This document shows, piece after piece, positions 11,308-22,479 of a stretch of 50,346 bases of DNA (its first letter is position 1; each line of letters opens with the position of its first letter). Position numbers and translations under genes: made by a program. The DNA is from Octopus sinensis (Eukaryota). The notes under the pieces are model-generated. The model worked only from the letters and a program-made list of their open reading frames with translations. It had not been told where the DNA came from and searched no databases. The stretch spans positions 1-50,346 of the forward strand of contig NW_021834380.1 of the NCBI RefSeq assembly GCF_006345805.1, in the 5' to 3' direction.

Positions 11308-11386
11308 GCACAACCCGCTCCGGGAATCAAACTCACAACCTCATGATTGTGAGGCTGACGCTCGAACCACTGCACCATGCGCCTTC
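11308..11386 (-). mobile_element. isolated tRNA-like SINE head (family E-like)
   Basis: GGCGCATGGTGCAGTGGTTCGAGCG...GAGTTTGATTCCCGG; A and B boxes present, no intact acceptor stem. Confidence 0.6.
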
Positions 11387-11424
11387 AATAGTAATAATTA
11401 TGGAAGACCAAAATGATAATGATT

Positions 11425-12030
11425 ATTTAAGACCAAAACAATAAAATACGTTTCTTAATCGGCATGAGCATTCCTTATGGTCATAATATCTGGGCGGTGT
11501 CGAGGCGCAATGGCCCAGTGGTTAGGGCAGCGGACTCGCAGTCATAGGATCGCGGTTTCGATTACCAGACCGGGCGTTGTGAGTGTTTATTGAGCGAAAA
11601 CACCTAAAGCTCCACGAGGCTCCGGCAGGGGATGGTGGCGATCCCTGCTGTACTCTTTCACCACAACTTTCTCTCACTCTTACTTCCTGTTTCTGTTGTA
11701 CCTGTATTTCAAAGGGCCGGCCTTGTCACTCTCTGTGTCACGCTGAATATCCCCGAGAACTACGTTAAGGGTACACGTGTCTGTGGAGTGCTCAGCCACT
11801 TACACGTTAATTTCACGAGCAGGCTGTTTCGTTGATTCGGATCAACCGGAACCCTCGTCGTCGAAACCGACGGAGTGCTTCCATCCAATATCTGGGCAAA
11901 AGAATTTGACAAGCTCAGAAAATATAAAGATTTTCTGATTGAAATCGAAAGAACGTGGCATCTCAAGACGGTTACAATACCAGTAACTGTAGGGGTAGTT
12001 GGAATGATCAAAATTTGAACTGAAAATTAT
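11425..12030 (+). pseudogene. R4/Dong LINE REL-endonuclease relic interrupted by SINE C
   Basis: removing 11496-11886 and one TSD copy gives NKIRFLIGMSIPYGHNIWAKEFDKLRKYKDFLIEIERTWHLKTVTIPVTVGVVGMIK, like the R4 motif LIDxxxP...KExEKLxKYxDL..EI...W....IPVxVGALG. Confidence 0.8.
11496..11886 (+). mobile_element. young SINE family C with 11-bp TSD
   Basis: A box TGGCCCAGTGG, B box GTTTCGATT; TSD AATATCTGGGC at 11485-11495 and 11887-11897. Confidence 0.95.
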
Positions 12031-12169
12031 TTGTAAATGAACAATCTGGCGCGTTTATTTTAATGTCCCACCGATATATACAGTTTCTTTACTTTGGGTG
12101 TCGGGAAGACACTCGGCAAGAAATGGCAGCAAAATTGAAAGAAAAACAACAATCATAATAATAATACAG

Positions 12170-12280
12170 AATTTAAAAGTGTTTGCAAAAGATAGGCATA
12201 GAAATAAAAATACAGAACATCCAGAAAACCACATTACTTGGTAGTGCAAGAATTCTCCGCAAAATCCTCAAGATCTGAAA
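12170..12280 (+). pseudogene. R4/Dong LINE C-terminal tip
   Basis: LQKIGIEIKIQNIQKTTLLGSARILRKILKI* matches the R4-type LQK..LLGTARILRKVL ending. Confidence 0.7.
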
Positions 12281-12299
12281 TGAACAGACCACCTTAGTT

Positions 12300-12520
12300 C
12301 ACGAGAAGTGAACAGCCGCTATATTAAAGACACCTGTAGCTACAAGCTGAATATAGCAGATAATGTAATAATATATTCGTAGTTTATTGATGTAAACATG
12401 TACAAAATAGACAAAACCAAAATGAAGCATGCGATTCAATAATGTTTTCAGTGCCTCAACCAAAACCTGACGTTGAGAGAATGTATTTACAACGAACAAA
12501 AGTGTTTCCTCTGTAGCGAC
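12300..12520 (+). pseudogene. highly degenerate R4/Dong post-RT fragment
   Basis: KPDVERMYLQRTK resembles xDVxRLYLPRK. Confidence 0.4.
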
Positions 12521-13426
12521 TGGTGAGTTATGAATTGCCCATGTCAACAATATACTTTAGGCAAGAGAAATAAAGAAAAATCTTCGCTTTCCTAGAACGT
12601 GTAAATTATGAGATACATATTGAAGAAGTATAACATTTTTAGGATGAAGAAGGGGCTGCAACAAAAATGAGGATTATACCGAAATAGAGGAGATATACTA
12701 AAACAAAATGAAACATGGTATAACAATATGTTGTGATGAAGCGATGGAAAGAAGAAAATTTGAAATCTCAGATTATTCAAGATAGTGTAAATGTAGACAG
12801 ACCAGGAAGTATCTTTATTGCTAGCTTAGAAGTCCTAGGTTCATAGATGATGGAGTTCTTGACTTTGTTTGTATACAAGGTTAAAATCTTCCTAGCAGAA
12901 ATTATCAAAGAGGTATAAGGAAGTGCAATGTGGAAAATAATTGTGTTGAAGTTGGGGGTAAGAAATGGATTTTATCGTAAAAAGGAAAAAAAAAAATCGA
13001 TCATGTTTTAGTTTATTTTGTTTAACCTTACTGAAAATATTGAGCCACAGAAGATTCCTACAAATATTTCATCTTAAAGTGATAATGTAAGAGTGTTATA
13101 GAATCATCAGAGAAGAAGAGAGAAAAAATAATCTTCTGCTAGATATACCATATCAATGATGAAAAGATATTTATGAAAAGAATTTTGAAAAATTGTTCAG
13201 TTATGAATAACTGGAGAATAGAAATATCAGAAACGCTAACAGAAAAGATTTCCATAAATAACAAGTTTCTTGGGAATAATGAGATGAGACAAAGCTATCA
13301 CGTCTTAGATATATACCATATATGCCGAAAATACTAAAAATATACAAACATATGTGTGTGCGTGTATATATATATGTATGTATGTATTTGTGCATGTATG
13401 TATATATATATATATATAGTTACATA

Positions 13427-13468
<42 letters not shown>

Positions 13469-13670
13469 CACACTTTATTTGTAGGTTAACGAGGCAACCA
13501 ATAGTTTTATGTGAAATGATCTTCACAATTGTTTACGCTTGTTACATGAAAGTTTTATGACTAGTCTCCGTTCTGGATGAGAATACACGAATTCTCATGA
13601 GACTGGACGGGAATGTAAAATATACATAGAACACGAAATACAGCTTATAAGAATATCTTTGACACACACA

Positions 13671-13708
<38 letters not shown>

Positions 13709-13774
13709 TATAAATCCACACATACATACACACACATACACATATATATACATGCCATGATGGACCGTTGAAAT

Positions 13775-13935
13775 CTATGTCTTTTTCATTCTCTCTTTAT
13801 TTTCTCTTAATCCTTTCTGCTGAAGAACGTAGGCTCGAAACGTAAACGACATCCATTTTTCCTGAGCGTGAATCTAATACATTTGCCTGTTGTTCATGCA
13901 CCTGTTTTCCTCTTTTGCTTTTCTATAAATTTTAA
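13775..13935 (+). mobile_element. PLE-type terminal repeat with degenerate hammerhead
   Basis: CTTT-CTGCTGA-A-GAAC(GTAG)GCTC-GAA-ACGT-A at 13813-13844; A6 and one stem II pair altered. Confidence 0.55.
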
Positions 13936-13989
<54 letters not shown>

Positions 13990-14179
13990 CATACACACAC
14001 ACACACACAAATAGCAACACTGACCATTGCACAACCTTCTCAACAACTAATGCATCAATTAGCCGTTGCTCTGTTGTCATGCATGAATTAATTTATTTGC
14101 TGATAAGAAAATATTTCATATATCCGAGAGCCAAAAATTTTTTGGAAGAGGTTTTCAAGTATACAAAACAAAGTCCAAC

Positions 14180-14700
14180 AATGGTATCCTATTTTATTGA
14201 CTTTGAAACAATGAAAGGTAAGGTTGACCTCAATGAGGTTTTGAACTCCGAACGGAGAGAACCAGAACGAATGATGTAAGACACATTTTCCGCTGATCTG
14301 AAGATTTTGTCATTCCGCCGTCTTTAATGTTTGTAACATGGATACAAGTGCTGAAAATTCGGGGAAAGGTTTAAGTCGATAAACTCGCCTCTGGTATATG
14401 ATTGATACTTTATTTCTTCTGTTCCGGTTTCATGGAATGCAAATTTGACACCAGTGAGATTTGAACAGAAATTGTATATAGTCGGAAGACATACTGCAAG
14501 GTATTTTTCCGTTGGTTTAACCATTCTACCATAACAATAATAAGATCAAATTTTGGCACAGTGCTAGCAGATTTTGAAGGGAGGCGCAAATTGATTATTC
14601 GACCCCAGTATTTGATTGGTACTTATTTTCTCGGCCCAGAAAGGATAAAAGGCAAAACCGACCTTGGTAAAATTCGAACTCAGCACTCCTCACCTCCTTG
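14180..14700 (-). mobile_element. tandem run of about three old SINE B relics
   Basis: repeated degenerate GGTACTT...TGAAAGG.AAAG...GA.ATTTGAAC blocks. Confidence 0.55.
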
Positions 14701-15010
14701 AAAAGGAAAACGATAATAACAGTAATAATTATCATCATCATATAATATTATTTTCATTATTGTTACTACTACTACTAAGGTGGTGAGAAAGCAGGACCGG
14801 TTAGATTTTCGAAAAAAGTGTTTTGCATTATTTCCTCCGGATCATTGCCATCAAATTCTTCCGGCTTAAACTTTGTCTTTTGTCCCATCCATCCCCGGGG
14901 TAAATAAATTAAATGCGAATCTTCCACTGTAGACGGTGACATCAAATATGTCACTCGCTTTAAAATTCCTGGCTTTGTGCTTTTATACCATTACGATAAT
15001 AAAATCATCA
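14689..15010. repeat. right arm of the long inverted repeat
   Basis: reverse complement of 10715-11047. Confidence 0.9.
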
Positions 15011-15365
15011 AGTATTTTGCGGAGCTTGTTAAGTGATCAGCCAGCACGATGTCTTATTTTGCCATAATAATAATGATTTCAAGCATAGCCCAAGAATATA
15101 CATTTTGGATAAGAGTATAGGCGATTGCATCAAACAGTGGTTGTTGACACTGAGTATATGAAAGATCAAGCAGAAGCTCGACCAGGTTTAAACTTAGAAT
15201 TTAAAGAACCAAATATAAAATATTTTATCAACACACTACCAGTTCTGCTACAGGCGTCCTTCCTATAAATTTTTTCAAATTCTGGTACAAGGCCCTGAAT
15301 TTTAGGGGTGGGGGTTCATTGTAAATTACACTGACCCCAATGCTCAACGTGTAATTATTTAATTA

Positions 15366-15705
15366 GGCGTAGGAGTGACTGTGTGGTAAGTAGCTTGCTT
15401 ACGAGCCACATGGTTCCGGGTTCAGTCCTACTGCGTGGCAACTAGAGCAAGTGTCCTCTACTATAGTCTCGGGCCGGCCAAAGAATTCTGAGTGGATTTG
15501 GTAGACGGAAACTGAAAGAAGCCTGTCGTATATATGTGTGTATGTGTGTGTCTGTGTTTGTCCCTCTAGCATTCCTTGACAACAGATGCTGGTGTGTTTA
15601 CGTGCCCGTAACTTAGCGGTTCGGTAACAGTGACCGATAGAATAAGTACTAGGCTTACAAAGAATATGTCCTGGGTTCGATTTGCTCGACTAAACAAGTA
15701 AAAGA
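15366..15705 (+). mobile_element. SINE family A inserted into an older SINE B relic
   Basis: head GGCGTAGGAGTGACTGTGTGGTAAG; B-like sequence resumes at about 15706-15825. Confidence 0.85.
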
Positions 15706-16820
15706 TACTATGAAAGGAAGAAAAGCAAAGTGAAACTCGCCGAAAGTTTGAACTCAAATAACCAGAAGAAACACCGCTAAGCCCTTTCACCGACCCCCAC
15801 TATCGATTCTGGAAGCTCATTGCCTTCTTCCGTGATATTAATGGAAGTACAGTATACATGTTGTAAGTATAAGAGATATGAATTATATCGGGCGAATACC
15901 AATCACCCGAGGGAGTGATTCATTGTGATAAGGATGACAGGTGAAGGATTGCGTCGAAATTATGTTGAATATCGATGAGAACAAATGTGATAGCATTAAT
16001 TGGTGGTGTTGGTTGTGTAGAGTAGAAGAGTATTGATATTGTTGTAAGATAAGATGGAGGGCTGTATTGATGTGGTAAGGTGTTTGATAGGTGGATTAGT
16101 GTTACTGTTAGAAACCATCGGAAGTAAGGAATGATAGGAGTGGAGTATATTAGGGAATAGAGATAGATAGAGAGGGGGGTAGCAGAAATGATATGGAAAT
16201 CAGGGCGGGAAGATATTGATTGAGAATGGTGATGAGGAAAGTAATGAGAAAAGAAATAGCGGGCGTAAAAAAAAATTAAGGATACGAAAAGAGAGAAAGA
16301 TAAAGAAACGAGGAGAAACATGGAAAATATAAAGAAAAAAAATATATCAGTGAAATAAACCAAAGAAGCAAAACGAAAAGGAATACTTTACGAGAAATCT
16401 GAAGTGATATGGAAGAAATATAATAATAAGAGTGTAAAGAACAAAAAGAGTGGAATGAATTAAGAAATAAATATGCAGAAATATATGAAAAGAAGGGAAA
16501 AAATAGACAAAGGAAGAATACGAAAAGAAGATTAAGGCCGTGAAATGCAATGAATGTTATGACGTCATTTAATCTACTTTAAATTTCAGGGGAAAAATAA
16601 AGCAGAAAAATAATATAAAATGTAAAAATATAACATTATCTCAAGGACATTCTACTGCTGACAATATCTTTGAAAACTTCCTTTGGGATATTTGCCTAAC
16701 AGTGACAATCAAGAGGAATGGTTGAAGTGATCTAGTAGCAAAAATCAAACGATGAGAATTGGAAACAAATTGAAATGGATAAAAGATGGAACCAAGTAAA
16801 AGATATGGAATATTTTATTT

Positions 16821-16852
<32 letters not shown>

Positions 16853-17229
16853 ATATATAATATATATGTATGTATTTTTTTCTTCTTTTTACAAAAGCAG
16901 TTAGATTACTGAATTAATATGCTTCCATGTTCAAGTCAGATTTTCATAATAGAAAGGTCAATTTATACATATATATATATGCATGTGGTGAAGGAAGGGA
17001 GACACACAAAAGACAGCCACTCCTACCTAAAATTCCTACTGTAAATTCTTCCTACGACATTAAGCAACACTAAGTCCACTCTCACACACAAGCATATAAA
17101 CAGCCAAAACCACACACACATACGCACTTACACGTGCTATTATTATACGCACAGACCCGCAAGCACGCATATACCCACACATACACACACATATCTCCTC
17201 TTGCACTCTCCTGTCATAGAACTTTTTCT

Positions 17230-17425
17230 TCACCCATTCTCTTTCGTTGGCGATTTTCTTCCTCCGTCTTCCCTTCCTTTGGACTTTCCTCCATTTCTGA
17301 AGAAGAGTAAGGCTCGAAACGTTAAACCCTCTTTCCTTGCTTTCCTGAGCGTCTGATAACACAGTACTTGTACCATGTCCTCAAGTTATTGTTTTTTTTT
17401 CTTGTTCTTCTTTGTTTGGATTCAC

Positions 17426-17430
<5 letters not shown>
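17230..17430 (+). mobile_element. PLE-type terminal repeat
   Basis: same family as 8118 and 9905; ends TTCAC-(TA)n; carries a hammerhead. Confidence 0.7.
17294..17326 (+). ncRNA. minimal type I hammerhead motif with an extra A after A9
   Basis: TTT-CTGAAGA-A-GAG(TAAGG)CTC-GAA-ACGT-T-AAA: stem I TTT/AAA, stem II GAG/CTC, palindromic ACGT stem III. Confidence 0.6.
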
Positions 17431-17458
<28 letters not shown>

Positions 17459-17531
17459 ATTGTGTGTGTGTATATATATATCTATATATATTTATGTATA
17501 TATATGTATATTTCTTTCACACACACACACA

Positions 17532-17569
<38 letters not shown>

Positions 17570-17689
17570 TCTTTCACACACACACAGATATATATATTAT
17601 ATATATATATATATACATATATTTCTTTCACACACACACACACAGATATATATATATATATATATATATATCTTTCACACAACACACAC

Positions 17690-17725
<36 letters not shown>

Positions 17726-17885
17726 TTCACACCACACACACACAGATAATATATATATATATATCTTTCACACACGCACGCACACACACAGATATATAAT
17801 ATATATATATATATATATATCTTTCACACACACACACACACACACACAGATATATATTATATATATATATATATCTTTCACACAC

Positions 17886-17923
<38 letters not shown>

Positions 17924-18028
17924 TTCACACACACCACACACACAGATATATATATATATTATATCTTTCACACACACACACACACAGATATATATATATA
18001 TATATATCTTTCACACACACACACACAC

Positions 18029-18084
<56 letters not shown>

Positions 18085-18160
18085 TTCACACACACACACA
18101 CACACAGATATATATATCTTTCACACACACACACACACACACACAGATATATATATATAA
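17430..18160. repeat. compound minisatellite (TA)n-TCTTT-(CA)n-GA
   Basis: many units of about 35-55 bp with variable TA and CA runs. Confidence 0.95.
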
Positions 18161-18199
18161 TGATTGTACTGCAGAATACACTATATGTAAAATATAGTC

Positions 18200-18720
18200 G
18201 GCTGGAAAAAACAACAGTTTCAATACATTTTCTAGGAATCCATCCTTCTATTACTATCCATTGTCAGTAATTAACCGTTATATTTTGGGCCAAGTTGTAC
18301 CAGCTTTTATTTCTGTTGCCCACAATGAAGCTGTACCGTATCAGAATTATGGTGACCACTCCAACCATGCTGCAGTCATGTCTTACATCCTCAGAGTATT
18401 AAATATTTATTTATCTTTGGTCTTTATCACCTAAATATTCACAATATGGAGAATATATCAGCAACATTGTGTAGAACACCTTAACATCCAATTTAGAATT
18501 CACCCAAGAGCGAGGATACATGATATATTCTCCTGACACATTTCAGGCTCAGGAGACAATCACATTACAAGCAATTATTTCTCTTCCAGTGTCTTCACTC
18601 TGTTTCACATCATCCCGAGAAAAACTAATCAAAGGAGAAAATCATTCCATCACTTTCAAACGATACCTAAACAAATTTCAGATGCATCTCAGTCAAGACT
18701 CATTACTTGAAAGAGTAATG
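18200..18720 (-). pseudogene. possible very old LINE RT-region relic
   Basis: broken frames giving YSPYCEYLG and YGTASLWAT, loosely like the YLG and YGxExW motifs. Confidence 0.3.
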
Positions 18721-18853
18721 AAAGCACAATAAACTTGAAGCTCTTAAGTTAAGCATGCTCTGGGTCACTTTTAGCCGAAACCTATGTAAGTTATCTAAGT
18801 TATTCACGGTGAAGTATTCTACGTTTCTATCTCTATTGGTTCTCAGCTATATA

Positions 18854-19510
18854 CGAAGGGAAGTCAAAAATTATCCGCACTTTAGCCATAAAATATCTTT
18901 ATTATGATCGCACCACCTTCAACGCATGCGTGCTTATAGTTAGTACTATTGTGGTCACGTGATCAAGGTTTGAGCGTGACTGCGCCATTTTTCTTTCTGG
19001 TTTTACAGTGAAAGCATGGCCGCTCCACTAGCAATGTACACAAAAAGAGAACAAAAAGCAGAGGTAATGGTGGACCGGTTCACCGTTTACCATCTCCCGA
19101 ACTTGTTGAATCTTCTCGTGAGTAATTGAGGTTGACAGGCATCCTGCTTCCTCTTCGTGCGTCACGCTTGTCCAGCCAATTTTAAAGTTCTTGATCCACT
19201 CATACACACTTCTACGCAGTAATACACTGTCCCCATATAGTGCTAAAAGCCTCCCATGAATTTCAGCACCTGACACACCTTCCGACCAAAGAAATCGGAT
19301 CACTACTTCTTGTTCTTCTTCGGTGCACATTGCTAGTGGAGCGGCTATGCTTATATTGTAAAGCCAGAAAGCAAAATGGCATGATCAGGTTAAAACGTCA
19401 ATCACGAGATCACAATAGTACCAACTATATGTACGCATGCGCAGAAGGTAGTCTGACAATAATAAAGATATGTTATGGCAAAAGTGCGGATAAGTTTTGA
19501 CTTCGCCTCG
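18854..19510 (-). mobile_element. non-autonomous mariner with ~200-bp inverted ends (two 5' ends)
   Basis: TA-CGAAGGGAAGTCAAAA...TTTTGACTTCGCCTCG-TA; internal HTH EQEVVIRFLWSEGVSGAEIHGRLLALYGDSVLLRRSVYEWIKNFK. Confidence 0.9.
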
Positions 19511-19622
19511 TATATATGTCCAAAGTCAGCCAAGTAGGATATACTGACTATATAACATTCCACATAATGTCACTTCTATTGGAAAACGACTTCCATCATC
19601 GCCATGCTTCACATTGTTTAGA

Positions 19623-19883
19623 TAATAAAATAAATGCGCCCTTTTAAAGCCTAACCAGGCCCATGGGCCCGGTTTCCCGGTTTCAATGGCGTATGTGTAC
19701 CCCAGCTGGAAGGGACGCTAGTCCATCGCAGCGTTACTCATTTTTGCCAGCTGAGTGGACTGGAGCAACGTGGAATGAAGTGTTTTGCTCAAGAACACAA
19801 CGTGTCGTCCGGTCCAGGAATCGAAACCACAATCTTACGATCATGATGCTGACACCCTAACCACTAAGCTACGCGCCTCCACG
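19623..19883 (-). mobile_element. SINE family E with 13-bp TSD
   Basis: tRNA-like head, GTTCTTGAGCAAAACACTT core-like block; TSD CACATTGTTTAGA at 19610-19622 and 19884-19896. Confidence 0.9.
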
Positions 19884-20511
19884 CACATTGTTTAGACCTT
19901 TACCAATTAGGCTCTTAATTTCATGTACTCTAGATTTATATTACTGTCCCAACGTACCGTCAATTCAACTCACAGGACCTACTATGTCAAATCAATTCAT
20001 TCTATAGAGTCAGAGTATTGCTTCGTTTTTCACAATACAGCGTGGAAACAAAAACGCATTTCTCAACTCCGAGTGCAATGTCTCATAGAGCGTATGCTGT
20101 TGTAAGCTGATTACATACGTCCTGCTCTTTTGTCGTTCAGTATATACATACACACCTAACCATACACAGAATTGCAGTATAAGCAGCAAAATTAAAGACA
20201 CGGTAATTAAGAGTTCATTTGATAACAGGTCGTTAAATTCCAATACGCTATTACATTGCAGTAAATCCTGGTAGGACCGGCTTGCAAGGATTACATAATC
20301 GGTTAAAAGGATTTTATGGTGTAACATATTTAAAAGAAAGACAAATTTCACACAGAGCTCAACAGATGTTTCCTTAGGACAAACATCACAATTTCCATAA
20401 ATATGTAACTGTGATATATAATTAATTAAGGTAACTTAAATTATGTAACAAAGTATAAAATATTTGAAATTTATACTAAATGTTTCTCTCTTTGTTACTC
20501 TTTACATGTTT

Positions 20512-20713
20512 TGGAGGGGGTGCTGACTTTAAGGGTATCACGAAAGGGTTGGCTAGAGGCCCAACCTTTCAAGTGCTTTTACAAGGTTTAATAAAGCTGA
20601 AGGGCTGCTGTAAAAAGTGTGTGAACCTGAGAGGGGGATATGCTGAATATAATCATAATTAACTAATCCTCCTGCATTTTTTTAACCCACAAACCGACAA
20701 CATTTAAACCTAC

Positions 20714-20719
<6 letters not shown>
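20512..20719 (+). mobile_element. mariner-derived MITE, degenerate copy
   Basis: collinear with 35346-35562; retains the transposase tail CKKCVNLRGGYAE. Confidence 0.7.
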
Positions 20720-20748
<29 letters not shown>

Positions 20749-20983
20749 ATCTATATCTATCTATATATATATAGGGGTAAAATATAAAAATAAAAAAAAA
20801 ATCAACGAAATTGCATATTGCAAATAGAAAAAGGCTATTTATGACAGGTAGTGACAAATATATACATTTAGATTGACTGAGGTAGTAATACGAGTGATAA
20901 AGGTCATATTATGGGATGATGATAAGATGATAATAAAGTAAGAGAACAAACGAACCAATGGTTTACGCGAAGGCTATTCATCG

Positions 20984-21042
<59 letters not shown>

Positions 21043-21044
21043 TA

Positions 21045-21135
21045 TATTAAATTAGAGATAAAACCACTATTAGGTAAATCAAACAGTGAAAAACATAAGC
21101 CAATACATAAAATTAATTAAAAATATATAAAAAAT
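21045..21135 (+). repeat. AT-rich repeat, left inverted arm around the LINE
   Basis: TTAGAGATAAAACCACTATTAGG...GTGAAAAACATAAGCCAATACATAAAATTAAT is the reverse complement of 22312-22397. Confidence 0.85.
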
Positions 21136-21167
21136 TAATAAATAAAATAATATATAAATATAAAAAT

Positions 21168-21199
<32 letters not shown>

Positions 21200-22246
21200 G
21201 ATTTTGATTTTTCCAGTTTCAGCTAATGAGCTGTGGCCATGCTGGGGCACCGCCATTTGGTTTGCTACATGATTTTACCTCACGAATGCTTTTTAGCAAC
21301 TGCCATTTGGTACATGAGAGAGTTCGATGCAGTTGCCCTCATCTGCACCTCCTGCCGTGAAGTTGGTTCATCCGGGACACCTGACAGGAAGAGATCCAGT
21401 CCTACTTTAAAGACATCTGCATCTACACCATGCAGGTCCCTCAGGTTCTTCGGGAGGATATTGAAGAGCTGGGGGCCTCTGAAGCCCAGGCTATCACAGT
21501 ATCTTGTGCTACATCTTGATGGCAAATTTGGAGTCCTTGGTACTACGCAGTGGCGCCCGGTTCTGGCATTTGTGTGACTCTCGATGCCAAAGTTTGGGAC
21601 AAGTCCTTCCAGGATCTTCTAGATATATATTATGGCATATCTTTCTCGCCTACGCTCCAGGGAATAGAGCTTTAATCTCTTGAGTCTTTCCCAGTAGCTT
21701 ATATGCTGCACAGAGGCTATCTTCTTCGTGTAGTTTCGTTGGATCGCCTCAAGTTCTGTGATCAACTTGACACTGGATGGTGACCATAGCTGAGAGCAAT
21801 AGTCAAAGTGGCTTAGGACAAGTGTCTTCCAGAGGACCATCATGGTTTCTTGTTCTCGTGTTCTAAAGGTTCTAAGAATCCATCCAGCCAGCCGTCTACA
21901 TTTCATTGTCAGTTTAGCAACATGTACATGAAAGGTCGCGTCATCACTCATGTGAATACCCAGGTCACGCACTGAGGCCTTGGGATTGCAATCCTCCGGG
22001 TCCAGTGTATTCATTGGGTATTGCATTCAGTTTTGCATGCTGATAGCATAAAGCTTGAAACTTTTCAGCATTGAACTGCATGCTATTCTTTTCAGCCCAC
22101 TTGTATATTTTGTCCAGCTCACATTGCAGGTGCTTAGTGTCTTCAGGGTTCTGTATTGCCTGTGAAACTTTTGTATCATCTGCATAACTTGTGATCGTGG
22201 CTCTCTGCGTGGCTGAGGGCAAGTCTGAGAGGGCCATTATGAACAA
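21200..22246 (-). mobile_element. CR1-like LINE, 5'-truncated, with RT motif
   Basis: SYADDTK RT motif, VRDLG, YCSQLWSP, YWERLKRLKLYSLERRRERY, RGPQLFNILP; frameshift near 22020; intact 3' UTR. Confidence 0.92.
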
Positions 22247-22254
22247 TATATATA

Positions 22255-22479
22255 TATATGTATTTAAAATTTATAAGTTTAAATTATTTAAATAATTTTT
22301 TAATTTTTAACTTTTATATATTTTTAAATTAATTTTATGTATTGGCTTATGTTTTTCACTGATTTGCCTAATAGTGGTTTATCTCTACTTTAATATAATA
22401 TAATATATTTCTACTATAAAATTGGATTTAATCCTAAATCTAATTTTTCCCTGTAAGTTTGGATTTATTCCCTAATATT

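Noticed and set aside
11499-11575. tRNA genes at SINE heads (also 11308, 19810, 25410, 38535)
   Set aside because: No proper acceptor stem or cloverleaf, and each continues into a multi-copy SINE body or matches a SINE head.
11583-11835. Identical short ORFs recurring at 11.6, 25.2 and 38.7 kb
   Set aside because: They recur because they lie in young SINE C copies; not a gene family.
15920-16550. Hydrophobic membrane-protein-like minus-strand ORFs
   Set aside because: Complement of a purine-rich low-complexity tract gives F/L/I/S-rich frames.
20010-20351. 113-aa minus-strand ORF with a hydrophobic stretch
   Set aside because: No recognisable family; AT-rich codon bias explains the hydrophobicity.
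20960-20990. Minus-strand CGATGAA...GTAAAC hammerhead-like string
   Set aside because: Too many core mismatches.
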